Source: an uncultured Nitrososphaeraceae archaeon
GTDB lineage: Archaea; Thermoproteota; Nitrososphaeria; Nitrososphaerales; Nitrososphaeraceae
Assembly: GCA_963837175.1 (NCBI GenBank)
Contig: CAWIMJ010000048.1
Coordinates: 1 to 38,743, forward strand
Direction: 5' to 3'
DNA: 38,743 nucleotides
The notes below the pieces were generated by a model. That model was not told the DNA's origin. It worked only from the letters and a program-made list of their open reading frames with translations, and searched no databases. Every line of letters starts with the position of its first letter. Position 1 is the stretch's first letter. Shown one piece after another: positions 18,591 through 29,064 of this stretch. A program made the translations under genes and the position numbers.

Positions 18591-20084
18591 CTATAATTTT
18601 TGAATAAAGCTATGTAAGAATAGAGGCAGTTCTGATATCTTAATTCTTTCCTGCTGCATTGTATCTCTGTATCTAACCGTAACTGTATCATCTTCCATTG
18701 TTATTTTATCAACTGTTATTGCAAATGGAGTTCCAATCTCCTCTAATCGTCTATACCTTCTACCTATCGACCCCGATTCATCATAAAATGCATCAAATTC
18801 TCTTTTAAGTTCAGAATAGATTTTCTGAGCTTTCTCACGTAGTCCATCCTTTGTCATCAGAGGAAGTATTCCTAACAATACAGGTGCAAGATAAGGTTTG
18901 AGTTTTAGTATAATTCTGTCATCGTGCTCCTTGTCTTCAATGTAAGAGTGTTCTAATATTGTGAAAATACTTCTATCTATTCCCATTGAAAGCTCAAATA
19001 CATGGGGTAAGACCTTTTTCTGATCTGACGGATCAATTACTTCAAGATTCTGTTTGCTTGTAGAAGCATGACCTTTAAGATCATAGTCAGAACGATAGTT
19101 GCATGCAACAAGTTCCAGCCAACCGGTGCTCGTCTCAACTTCATAATCAAAGGCTATTGTTGAATAGAATGCCTTCTCAGTATTACTCAGTCGCCTCAAA
19201 CGAGTGCGTTTCATATCTATTCCGGTTTTTGCATAGAATTCATTCAAGAGAGCAAGATAATATGCTACTAATTTGTTTGGCAAAAGTCCCTTTATAACAC
19301 CTTCGTCTGCGGTCACTTCGACAGAGGATGTTCCATCATAAAGTCTCAAAGTTGTGTTTTTAACTTCTTCGAATCTTGGTAAATCATTTAATTTCTGTGG
19401 ATTGCAAAACACTTCAATCTCTGCTTGATAGAATTCTCTCAGTCTTAGCAAGCTTTGTCTTGGAGCTATTTCATTTCTGAAACTTTTACCTATTTGAGCA
19501 ATTCCTAGTGGTAACTTTCCTCGCATAGTTTTGAAAATTCGAGCAAAATCCACGAAAATTGTCTGACAGGTTTCTGGTCTTAGATATGCTTCCTCCTGAG
19601 TTGGACCTATGTCAACCTTAAACATCATGTTAAAACGTTTAACAGTGTCTAAGTCTCCATTACAGTTTGCACATTTCAAGTCATGTTTTTTTATAATTAC
19701 ATCCATCTCTTCATTGGCCATTCTTTCGGGAATGTCCTTACCAGTTTTTTCTGTGATATATCTATCTGCCCTAAAAATGGATTTGCATTTTGAACATTTG
19801 ACAATAGGATCCGTAAAATTGTTAATGTGTCCTGACGCAATAAAAACACTCTTACTCATGATTTGAGAACCATCTATTTCCATCATTCCATCGCGTCTGA
19901 CAAGTTCTCTTCTCCATAGATCGATAAACTTATTCTTCATATTGACTCCTTGTGGACCATATTCCCAGAAGCCAGCCGGAGCATCGGCATATATTTCACA
20001 ACTTGGAAAGTAAAATCCTCTTTCAAGTGCCAATGTCATTATTTCTTCGTAATAACTCATCTTCTCTAGAACTCCTCCAATCAC
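18591..20084 (-). CDS. glyS: Glycine--tRNA ligase (archaeal/eukaryote-type)
   Basis: ASGHINNFTDP, YLRPETCQ, AQIGKSFRNEIAPRQSLLRLREFYQAEIE, SMGIDR and anticodon domain GSIGRRYRR..EIGTPF. Start probably MSYYEE. Confidence 0.97.
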   Translation of the reverse strand: MIGGVLEKMSYYEEIMTLALERGFYFPSCEIYADAPAGFWEYGPQGVNMKNKFIDLWRRELVRRDGMMEIDGSQIMSKSVFIASGHINNFTDPIVKCSKCKSIFRADRYITEKTGKDIPERMANEEMDVIIKKHDLKCANCNGDLDTVKRFNMMFKVDIGPTQEEAYLRPETCQTIFVDFARIFKTMRGKLPLGIAQIGKSFRNEIAPRQSLLRLREFYQAEIEVFCNPQKLNDLPRFEEVKNTTLRLYDGTSSVEVTADEGVIKGLLPNKLVAYYLALLNEFYAKTGIDMKRTRLRRLSNTEKAFYSTIAFDYEVETSTGWLELVACNYRSDYDLKGHASTSKQNLEVIDPSDQKKVLPHVFELSMGIDRSIFTILEHSYIEDKEHDDRIILKLKPYLAPVLLGILPLMTKDGLREKAQKIYSELKREFDAFYDESGSIGRRYRRLEEIGTPFAITVDKITMEDDTVTVRYRDTMQQERIKISELPLFLHSFIQKL

Positions 20085-20825
20085 ATGTTTTAAATTTACT
20101 GTAATGGCATCTACAAACAGTTCATTTGATTATCTAAATTAATTAATTAATTAAATAGCATATGTGTATATTTGGATATTTATTTCGAATCAATTATTGT
20201 ACTATATCAAGATTTTATTACTAAAAGCAATAAATTTTGTAATTATGCCAAAACTGTTGTGATCACCAATTTAATATATCATAACACACGAATCTAATGT
20301 TTCATAAGATAGTATGCTTATTAGAGTCACACTAAATTTATGTCACAATTAAGTCAGCACACTTCTACTTTAGACACCTTTGATTATACTATATGTTGAT
20401 TATCCAACAATAATAACAGATTCTGCTTATATGTAAGTCGTAACTATTAAAAAGCGTTCATTTATAAAAATGAATAGATTTCACGTATATATGTATATAC
20501 AAATGTAACTGAAAGATATGATGAATAACAGATATACAGTAAGTGAATTTCAGCATATTTGCGGATAGAATATTTTCTTAAAGATCCCTACAAATTCTTA
20601 TGCAATAAGTTAGCCTACCAAGTTTCTGCTTGGGATTACTGATGAATATTTGAAATGGTATTGCAGCCAATTTTGTTTGCTTATCAAACGAATTCCAATT
20701 GAATTGGTGAGGGCGTGATATGCAAACCTATTTAAAACAAATGATATGTCTAAGAAGGAACAATTAAATGCTCTAATGTTACGTGGCATTTTTATTCTAG
20801 TATGAAGAGAAACTTGCAATAGACA

Positions 20826-21848
20826 TTGTCTATAAAACTTGGAACAAGCGATCTAGCAAAGTATCCATTTCTAAACGAGGCCTCAGATTACATCCGGGAA
20901 ACCCATTTCGATTTTGAAGAATTTAATAGGCCTGAAATGAAGCATGTTATTGACAGAGCAGCAGAAAGAATAGAAACAGAAATAACCAAGGGATCAGTTT
21001 ACGAGAGATTAGATAAATATGAGATAGAAATACTTACATTTCTTGTCACACTTATGATTGCAAAATCTATAGGCATTGAGTCTATACTCAAAAAGTATTC
21101 ATTGTTCGAAGCAATGAGGACCGAGAAGTATTTGACTGAAGATTTAAGAAGAGAAAGAAATAATGAAAGAAAACGTCTTCTGTTGTTCAAGATTTTTGAA
21201 GATTTATTTAAAATGAATGTTGATCTGGATTCTAAAGACAGCAATTTATTCAAAGTTAAAGTAACTGATTATCTTACACGAGCCCCAAATTTTCATGAAG
21301 AAGAATGGAAATTAATTAATAGATTAGTCCATAACGGATATGTCTATCTTGATGCTGATGAAACTGTAAGACTCATCCGAAGCGAGCTAACTTCACTAAT
21401 TTATTCGCGGGTCAAGACCATGACGTTATCAAACTTACCAGATTCTATCAAAGCAAAGGTAGATGATTTGAGAATAAAACTTCAGCCACATTATGAGTAT
21501 CGAAGATATCAACCCACACATTATCCACCGTGCATAAAAAAGGCATTAGATGTGATGAATAGAGGGGAAAATCTTCCACATTCAGCAAGACTGATGCTTG
21601 CAACATATATGCTGGCAATAGGGAAAAGTGTAGAGGATATCATAATACTTTTTCATAATGCACCTGATTATAATGAGAATATTACAAAATATCAAGTAGA
21701 GCATCTGGCTGGTAACCGTGGTAGTCATACAAAATATTCTGTTCCTTCTTGCGAAAAACTTCGAAATGAAAATCTTTGTTTTGCGACTGAAGAATGTGAC
21801 GGAATAACGAATCCAATTCAATTTATGTCGAAACTGTTCAAAAAATGA
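20826..21848 (+). CDS. priL: DNA primase large subunit
   Basis: AKYPFL, WKLINRLVHNGYVYL and Fe-S cysteines in YPPCIK, PSCEKL, LCFATEEC. Confidence 0.95.
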   Translation: MSIKLGTSDLAKYPFLNEASDYIRETHFDFEEFNRPEMKHVIDRAAERIETEITKGSVYERLDKYEIEILTFLVTLMIAKSIGIESILKKYSLFEAMRTEKYLTEDLRRERNNERKRLLLFKIFEDLFKMNVDLDSKDSNLFKVKVTDYLTRAPNFHEEEWKLINRLVHNGYVYLDADETVRLIRSELTSLIYSRVKTMTLSNLPDSIKAKVDDLRIKLQPHYEYRRYQPTHYPPCIKKALDVMNRGENLPHSARLMLATYMLAIGKSVEDIIILFHNAPDYNENITKYQVEHLAGNRGSHTKYSVPSCEKLRNENLCFATEECDGITNPIQFMSKLFKK

Positions 21849-21849
21849 C

Positions 21850-22995
21850 ATGATTACGAGTAAAGATAGTGATAAAAGTATAGCCCTTGTTAGGAGTGCA
21901 TTTAGACAATATTATTTTAAGCACAGTAAGAATATTGGAATCCCAACACGTATGAAAGAACGTGAATTTGGATATAAGCAATTTAGTTCAGGGATTGTAC
22001 GACATCTTTCGTTTAGAAATATTGGAGAACTTTTGGCCATTTTGATCAGAGAGGCCCCCTCAGATATCTATTGCTCAAATGGATTCTATAGATTTCCAAC
22101 CTATCCTATGCAGGAAAAACAATGGGGCGGAGCTGATTTAATTTTTGATATTGATGCAAAAGATTTGCAGTTACCATGCGAGCAGACACATTCCTACCTT
22201 CTCTGTATGAATTGTGGGGTAGTATCAGAGAAGAAAATTGATTCATGTCCTAAATGTGATTTCTCCAAGTTAAATCACATATCAGTTCCTTGTAACAAAT
22301 GTGTGTTTTCTCTAAAAAAAGAAGTGATGAAGTTAATTAATTTATTAATAACCGATCTAGGGATAAAAAAAAATTGTATAGAAGTCTATTTTTCTGGTAA
22401 CAACGGATTTCATCTGCATATTTTAGACAATAGATTTGATACACTTGATTCCCGAGCTAGAGCAGATCTTGTAGGTTATTTAATGGGTATTGGCATGATG
22501 GTTGAAAGTATAGGAGTACGGAAAAGATCAGAAGGTTTTCTAATTAAATTTCCAAAGAGTGGCCTTTCTTATGGTTGGCGTAAAAGAATAGCAAATAAAC
22601 TAGGAATTGATCAGCTGTCAATTGTCAAATTGAATAATATAGTACAGCAGAAAGGGGGTTATGATGGGTTTAGAGAAGAACTATCACGATTGACTCGTGA
22701 GAGCGGCGTACGTATCGATCCTCATGTAACAACTGATATTCATAGAGTATTTAGAATGCCAGGTACCTTGAATAGCAAAAGTGGACTGACTAAGATGAGA
22801 TGTGACGATCTTGAATTATTTGATCCCTTTATCAATGCATGTCTTTTAGGAGAAAATGAAGTTAATGTAGAGGCTAAAGCACATGTAAACCTAAAACTAA
22901 AAGGTCAGTCATTCAAAATAAAGAAACAAACTCAACGATTACCGTTATATGTAGCAGTTTATTTAATCTGCAAAGGGATTGCAGAGCTAAGTTAA
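21850..22995 (+). CDS. priS: DNA primase small (catalytic) subunit
   Basis: REFGY, DLIFDIDAKD, Zn-binding CMNC/CPKC, FSGNNGFHL, DIHRVFRMPGTLNSKSG; coupled to priL. Confidence 0.95.
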   Translation: MITSKDSDKSIALVRSAFRQYYFKHSKNIGIPTRMKEREFGYKQFSSGIVRHLSFRNIGELLAILIREAPSDIYCSNGFYRFPTYPMQEKQWGGADLIFDIDAKDLQLPCEQTHSYLLCMNCGVVSEKKIDSCPKCDFSKLNHISVPCNKCVFSLKKEVMKLINLLITDLGIKKNCIEVYFSGNNGFHLHILDNRFDTLDSRARADLVGYLMGIGMMVESIGVRKRSEGFLIKFPKSGLSYGWRKRIANKLGIDQLSIVKLNNIVQQKGGYDGFREELSRLTRESGVRIDPHVTTDIHRVFRMPGTLNSKSGLTKMRCDDLELFDPFINACLLGENEVNVEAKAHVNLKLKGQSFKIKKQTQRLPLYVAVYLICKGIAELS

Positions 22996-24009
22996 ATCAA
23001 AAATTAGGTCTGTTTTGAATTGGCGTGCTTTAAACTTGTATTCTTTCTAAGAATAAATAGGACAATAATATTTAAAACAAATTTATAAAATAAAAGCATG
23101 ATGCTTCTAGATTATACTCAGAAATAATTAATAATATTTATTATTCGTAAAAAGACATTAAAATGACCTCATTCTGTATATAATATAAAATGTTTTGTAG
23201 GATACCTACAACGAGGATAAGGCTTCGAGATTTGGTATTAGCAGAATTACGTCTTATCTTATTTGCCACAATAGGCGTAACTATTATGTTTATAGTAAGA
23301 AATCACTCTGTAAATCCTTTTATGAATGTAGTAGAATTTGGTGATCATTATACTGTTCTACAATTTTAGGTATAATATTAGTCTCAATTGCATCTCTACG
23401 ATTCTGTTTGCACCACAGAAACTCAATGACGTGGTATGGTTTTCGAATGATAATTAAGTTTCTTCATCGCAATGATTACTAATCGCGTATTTCTACAAAT
23501 GCGTTATCATGATTTAAAGATGGAGAAGTTTTATCATATGGCAGATCACAAAAGTCGTATTATTTGCTCCATTGTTTAGCAACTTGATTTCCGGAATGGC
23601 CATAATATATCTCTTTGAAGGCAACGATCTTAATTTAATATCTATCCCAAAAATATTCATATTGCTTTTTGTCAATATTTCACCAATTGGAGATTTTGCT
23701 ATACTTGATGTATCTGACAGGCTTGGCAAACTTCGACAGATCTTCTCAAATGTAGGTTTATCGTTGGTAAAATCGACATTGGTTTTAGCTCCATTGACAT
23801 TCAAGGAAGCAGACACACGCTATCTGTTTGATTCTGACTTTGCCGATGCCCAGAAGACAATCTAAGTTTCTCAAAGGTTTTGGTTCATGGGGAGATGCGC
23901 GTATATTTGAGTGAGAGACTGACAACAAAGTTAATTAATGTGTGATAAAAGAGGTAAATAGAATAATAAAAAGCATTATGTTTCTATAGAGGTAGGATGA
24001 TTATAGTAA

Positions 24010-24570
24010 TTGACTACACTTGTGGTGGACAATCTTTCACCATTTACACATGACATACTTGATTGTATGATAGAATTAGATGAAAAATATATCTACAAAA
24101 AGTATTCTGAAGTAGGCAATATTTATGAGAATAGTATTTTATATGATAAAGTAATCTTATCTGGAAGAAGAAAGAATAGTAATGAGATCAACATTGTAAA
24201 TTCAAAAATAATACGATATTGTTTTCAAACTGATAGGCCAATATTAGGAATTTGTTATGGTGCAGAAATAATGGCACTAACACTTGGAGGATCCATTTAT
24301 AGAATGGCGGATCATTTTCAGGGCACAATTACAGTATATATTTTAAGACCAAATTCTTTGATACCTGATAGAACTTCAGTCAATGTTTATGAAAATCATA
24401 GATATGGTGTAGCAAAATTACCTGAAGACTTTATTTCACTTGGATGTTCTAATGTATGTAAATATGAAGTTTTCTGCCATATAAAAAAGAGAATTTTCGG
24501 TACTCAATTTCATCCTGAAAAAAGTGATGGAGATGGTTTTGCACTATTATCAAAATTCTTGCAACTTTGA
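24010..24570 (+). CDS. Class I glutamine amidotransferase (GMP synthase subunit A-like)
   Basis: PILGICYGAE nucleophile elbow and GTQFHPE catalytic His-Glu. Confidence 0.88.
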   Translation: MTTLVVDNLSPFTHDILDCMIELDEKYIYKKYSEVGNIYENSILYDKVILSGRRKNSNEINIVNSKIIRYCFQTDRPILGICYGAEIMALTLGGSIYRMADHFQGTITVYILRPNSLIPDRTSVNVYENHRYGVAKLPEDFISLGCSNVCKYEVFCHIKKRIFGTQFHPEKSDGDGFALLSKFLQL

Positions 24571-24627
24571 CATCATCGGTAAGAAGAAGGATTTTATTTC
24601 CTTTAAACTATAATTGAATGAACCAAC

Positions 24628-25585
24628 TTGCAATCACAGCCAGATAATTATATTACTTTGCCTTTGATAAGGGAAGAGCAAGAAAATATATGTTTTCCTT
24701 TAGTAATTAATGTTGTTTCACAGGTACTGGGGTGAAGAGATACCACTAACGGAGGCAATAGAGATGGCAAAGAAATATCCTAGAATTAGAGGATCTATAA
24801 TGATGGAAGGAATAGAGCTTGCAGAAAGACATGGTTTTATGACATATATCTATAAAGGTTCAACGAAGGATCTAAAAAAGAGAATAGCCCAAGGAATTCC
24901 ACCGATTGTTATTCTACCAGGTATTCGTGAAACTGTACAACATGCAACTATAATATCTGGTTATAATTCTGAAGAGCACAGGATTCTAACCTATATACCG
25001 GAACCTGACACGATGGGAGCCATTCCCGAGAGAAAATTTGAACAAGATTGGGATCAAGAGGACATGATTACTTTGATACTCATTCCTAAAGACATGAAAG
25101 ATATTTTCAAGAATGAGAATCTCAAATTTAATGACTCAAACAGACTATGTTTTGAAGCAGAAAAATTACGAATTCAAGATAAGACGAATAATGCTATTGA
25201 AAAATTACGCAATGCTATTACATTGGACGATGACAATCCCCAAGCATGGTGCTTGCTTGGCGGTATATATAATGAACTCAATTCAGATGAAGCCGTAAAT
25301 TGCTATCAAAAAACAATTAGACTTAACCCAAACTATTATCTTGCATATCGGGGTCTGGGTAACTATTATCTAAAGAAGAAGCAGTATTCTTTTGCAGACA
25401 CTTACTATACAAAAGCAATTGATATCAATGCATACAGATTTGCTCCAATATATAAAAATCGTGCAATAGCAAGATTACAGCTCAACAACAATTCAGGTGC
25501 TAGAGAAGATCTATTAAAGTATATTGAACAGGTTCCAAACGCACCAGATAAAAAGAATATTGATGATGCTATAAGACAGATTTAA
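24628..25585 (+). CDS. Peptidase C39-like domain + TPR protein (frameshift at ~24721)
   Basis: TTG at 24628 reads MQSQPDNYITLPLIREEQENICFPLVINVVS with the likely catalytic Cys. One extra base at 24721 separates it from RYWGEE...QHATIISGY and TPRs (AWCLLGGIY, LAYRGLGNYY, IYKNRAIAR). Confidence 0.75.
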
Positions 25586-25660
25586 AAGCAATAGTAACAT
25601 ATAAAGAGATGAACGATCCATTAATCCTTTTTAAAAGCGTCAGATATAATTATCCGAAAT

Positions 25661-26815
25661 TTGAATAAAAATCATCATTTGGATCATGTTCTGCTAGTCT
25701 TCCCATCCGTTTTTTCGGCTAATAGCAAAAATATGATAATGTCAAGTATAATAAAAAAGCTTGAATCAGAAAATATGATGATCACAAAAACAATCTGCGA
25801 AGAATCATGCTTTGTCTTTAAGGTTAATGACATAGTTGAGGCCGCATGCAGTATAAAAGAATTGTTTGGAATAGATAGAGTAGCTATTGCTAAGCAAGTA
25901 CCAAATATTTTTTCGGACGTTGTTTCAGCAATTGTAGCAACAGGAAAACAGATTATACTACCTAAACAAAAATATTTTATAAAAATTCAGATAAGTAGGG
26001 AGGCTAAAGTAAATTATGTCGGAAGAGACATATCTTTTGTTTCTTCTGGTGATCTTATAGAACAATTAGCATCTACGGGGGCACATCCTGCGAGGAATGA
26101 ACGTGAAGCTGATAAAATAATATTTTCTTATATTGGCAAAGATTACGGATACATCTGCTTTCAAATTGACAAGGCTTATGGCGGCATGCCATTTGGATAT
26201 CAAAATATGAAAGTAGCATGGAGCATACATAATGTTCTATCTGCAATATCTTCTTTAATGGCTATAAAATCTGGTTTTGTACCCGATCTTCTCATACTAT
26301 ATACAAGTTATGATGAGCTTACTGAGAATGTGAAGCTATTTGGACATATAGTCAATAGAATGCCTCTCAAGAGGCATACTCTTAGGATTGCACAAATTGA
26401 TCTTTCCAATGAGGTGGATCAAGATATAAAATTCATATTAAAAGAAAGTATTTCTACTAAAATCCTAGTTCAGCTACCTGAAAAAGGAGTTGTGTTGCCA
26501 TTGAGTGCAATAATTTGTCCTTCGTGGTTTATAGAATTAATGATGTATAAAATTACACTTGCAAAAAAGACACCTTGGATGCCATTAATGCTTTTGACAG
26601 ATGAAATACAGCAGGCTGCAAAAGTATTTGGGTTGGAAGAAAAATTGCTGTCTATTGATAATTTGATCGTTAGTACGGTATTTAAAAAGAAAGACTATTA
26701 TCGAAAACACTTAACAAAAGTGGATGTCTTATCTAAAAAAGCGATGAAAAATATGAAAACAATTTCATTAAAAGTAGGACCTAACTATCTTCACGATATT
26801 CTCGATGCCATCTAA
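25661..26815 (+). CDS. ThiI-like THUMP-domain protein with degenerate PP-loop
   Basis: ELFGIDRVAIA, F.IKI...Y.GRDI, and GGMPFG at the THUMP/PP-loop junction; no SGGxDS follows. Confidence 0.65.
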   Translation: MNKNHHLDHVLLVFPSVFSANSKNMIMSSIIKKLESENMMITKTICEESCFVFKVNDIVEAACSIKELFGIDRVAIAKQVPNIFSDVVSAIVATGKQIILPKQKYFIKIQISREAKVNYVGRDISFVSSGDLIEQLASTGAHPARNEREADKIIFSYIGKDYGYICFQIDKAYGGMPFGYQNMKVAWSIHNVLSAISSLMAIKSGFVPDLLILYTSYDELTENVKLFGHIVNRMPLKRHTLRIAQIDLSNEVDQDIKFILKESISTKILVQLPEKGVVLPLSAIICPSWFIELMMYKITLAKKTPWMPLMLLTDEIQQAAKVFGLEEKLLSIDNLIVSTVFKKKDYYRKHLTKVDVLSKKAMKNMKTISLKVGPNYLHDILDAI

Positions 26816-27940
26816 TCTTTCAGTTAGTCTCATCAATTCTTTAGCCTTTTGTTGAAATCTATTATCATCTAATATTTGATGAATTGCATATGCAACGTTG
26901 TTTGCTTTTAACTCCTTTGCTTCTAGCCTAATACCTATGCCAATTTTGGCAACTTTATTTGAATTACCTAACTGCTCACTATGATTTTCTATAGGTATTG
27001 TTATCAAGGGCTTGCCAAATTGTATAGCTTGGGAGATGGCCGTGTGTCCTCCTCGTAACACTAAGACATCACTCATTGCAAAGAGTTCATCACGAATGGG
27101 ACACCATTCATAATACCATCCTAATCTTGCAATTTTCCTAGGTTTTATGTCGCCATCAGGTCTTCCTTCAGAGATGACATATTGTATCTCCGGACGAAGT
27201 GATGTACATGCCTCTATAGAAGTCCTAATAATAGGAATACGTGTCTTCAATGGCCCACTAACATGAATAAACACAATCGGTTTTGATCTATCTATGCCTA
27301 AATATGCAGCTGCTTTCTTGAGTTGTTCTTCTGTGATATATGATTTTGGAGCTGTAAAGCCGACATATTCTATTTTTTTAATTACCGAACTAGTCCCCCA
27401 GATATTGTCTTCTGCTATGGTGTAAGGCGGAGGTAGATCAAGTACCAGAATTCTGTCTGCTAACCTCCAGAGAAGACCAAGGAATTCTCCATTCATTTTT
27501 TCCCAGCTTCTAGAAATTTTAAATTCACGAAGTCTAGGTGACAGCAAAAGTTTTACTTGATTCAGAATTACTACTGATGGTATATTCAGAATTTTAGAAG
27601 CAACAAGCGAAGATAACCTTGTATCTGAAACTACAATATCGGGATCATATTTTATCATATTATTAATTTCATCTCTTAGTTGCCTTGGAAAATTAGTAAA
27701 CCATAATGGGATGTTTGAAATACTGTATTTGACTGAAAATCCTCCTTCTACACTCCAGGCAAATTCAACAGGAGGAACGGTCATACAATCATATCCTTGC
27801 ATCGAAATGTAACGTGCTCCTTCACCAAATGACGAAAATCTAATATTGACATCTGAATCTCTCAGTCGTTCTGCCAGCATCATCATACGGCTCGCATGGC
27901 CAAGACCAACTCCATAAGGTGTAAAATAGGCTTTCGCCAA
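26768..27940 (-). CDS. Glycosyltransferase family 28 (MurG-like, GT-B)
   Basis: GVGLGHASR, PDIVVSD, RGGHTAISQAIQFGKPLITIP..HSEQLGN. Confidence 0.9.
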   Translation of the reverse strand: MAKAYFTPYGVGLGHASRMMMLAERLRDSDVNIRFSSFGEGARYISMQGYDCMTVPPVEFAWSVEGGFSVKYSISNIPLWFTNFPRQLRDEINNMIKYDPDIVVSDTRLSSLVASKILNIPSVVILNQVKLLLSPRLREFKISRSWEKMNGEFLGLLWRLADRILVLDLPPPYTIAEDNIWGTSSVIKKIEYVGFTAPKSYITEEQLKKAAAYLGIDRSKPIVFIHVSGPLKTRIPIIRTSIEACTSLRPEIQYVISEGRPDGDIKPRKIARLGWYYEWCPIRDELFAMSDVLVLRGGHTAISQAIQFGKPLITIPIENHSEQLGNSNKVAKIGIGIRLEAKELKANNVAYAIHQILDDNRFQQKAKELMRLTERLDGIENIVKIVRSYF

Positions 27941-28619
27941 ATTAAGGAATTTAAAAAGGATTGATTATATATTGCTTAAAAGTGCCAAAAATATTTCCTA
28001 TTGACACACAATCTAGAAGATTTTCATCTAGGAATAAAACTCTGCTATATCCCTTCTTTCCTTTAATGATAAGAATTGCAATAATACTAATAATACTTCA
28101 TAGTTTTGTTATGATGTCAAATTATACTGTTGACTTAAAGCACATAAATTTTTTCAACCTTCTGATGTTCTTCTTGAATATAATATTCTTTACTATGAAC
28201 ATACAAAATAAGTAAGTCACCAGATTCTTAATTGAATTCAATTTTCTAACGGGTGTTTCCGACATTGGAAACAAAATATTTTATTTAAAAAACCAGTTTA
28301 TAATTTAGTGAAAAAAGACTGAGTTATAACATTCAATCAGATATCTAAGAATAAACACAAGGTTTGTCTGCATCAAGCTATGAAAATAATTAAGAATAAT
28401 ATGATGTACTTCATGAGCTATAATAATATACCTCCACCTTTAACAAGATAAAAGGAAATTTGTAAAACTTTGTCAATATTATCGTAAATATCAAATTCAT
28501 AGTTAGCATATAGAATAATCATATATGATTCTTATTTATTACTATATCTTTTTAAAAATCATAATGAGTCTTTAAGAGTACTAAAATACCAACTTGAATA
28601 GATCAATTTTGTATATACA

Positions 28620-28994
28620 ATGAAGAAAAAGATCTTAATTGTTGATGATGAGCCAGATATTAGCTCATTGTTTAAGATCATATTGGAACAAAATAGTGAG
28701 TATATAGTGCATTCATTTACTGATCCTCTATTGGCATTAGAAAATTTTAAACCTGATTTGTACGACTTAATACTTGTAGATATTAAAATGCCAGAAATGG
28801 ATGGTCTTGAATTTTATCGAGAAATGAGAAAGATAGATAAAAAGGTTAAGTTATGTTTTATCACTGCTAGCGAAAAGTACTATGAACCATTTAGAAAAGA
28901 AATATATGATATAGTAGGTGAAAATTGCTTTATTCAAAAACCTATAGGAAATGAAGATCTATTGAAAATGGTAAATATCATGATAAACAGATAA
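28620..28994 (+). CDS. Single-domain response regulator (receiver)
   Basis: ILIVDDEPD, DLILVDIKMPEMDG, FITAS, FIQKP. Confidence 0.95.
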   Translation: MKKKILIVDDEPDISSLFKIILEQNSEYIVHSFTDPLLALENFKPDLYDLILVDIKMPEMDGLEFYREMRKIDKKVKLCFITASEKYYEPFRKEIYDIVGENCFIQKPIGNEDLLKMVNIMINR

Positions 28995-28996
28995 AG

Positions 28997-29030
28997 GGCA
29001 AACCATTCTTCTGGCAAACCATTCTTCTGG
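28997..29030. repeat. Perfect 16-bp tandem duplication
   Basis: GGCAAACCATTCTTCT x2 + GG between convergent genes. Confidence 0.9.
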
Positions 29031-29064
29031 ATATATATCAAAAACGCATGTATACTATGTATTT

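Noticed and set aside
20100-20825. Long glyS-priL intergenic region as a possible chromosomal origin or ncRNA; ORF 20610-20819
   Set aside because: No repeated ORB motifs, no cdc6 nearby and no GC-rich structured segment; the ORF has no recognisable features.
23514-23865. Overlapping opposite-strand ORFs of 100 and 97 aa
   Set aside because: No motifs, and I cannot tell which strand, if either, is coding.
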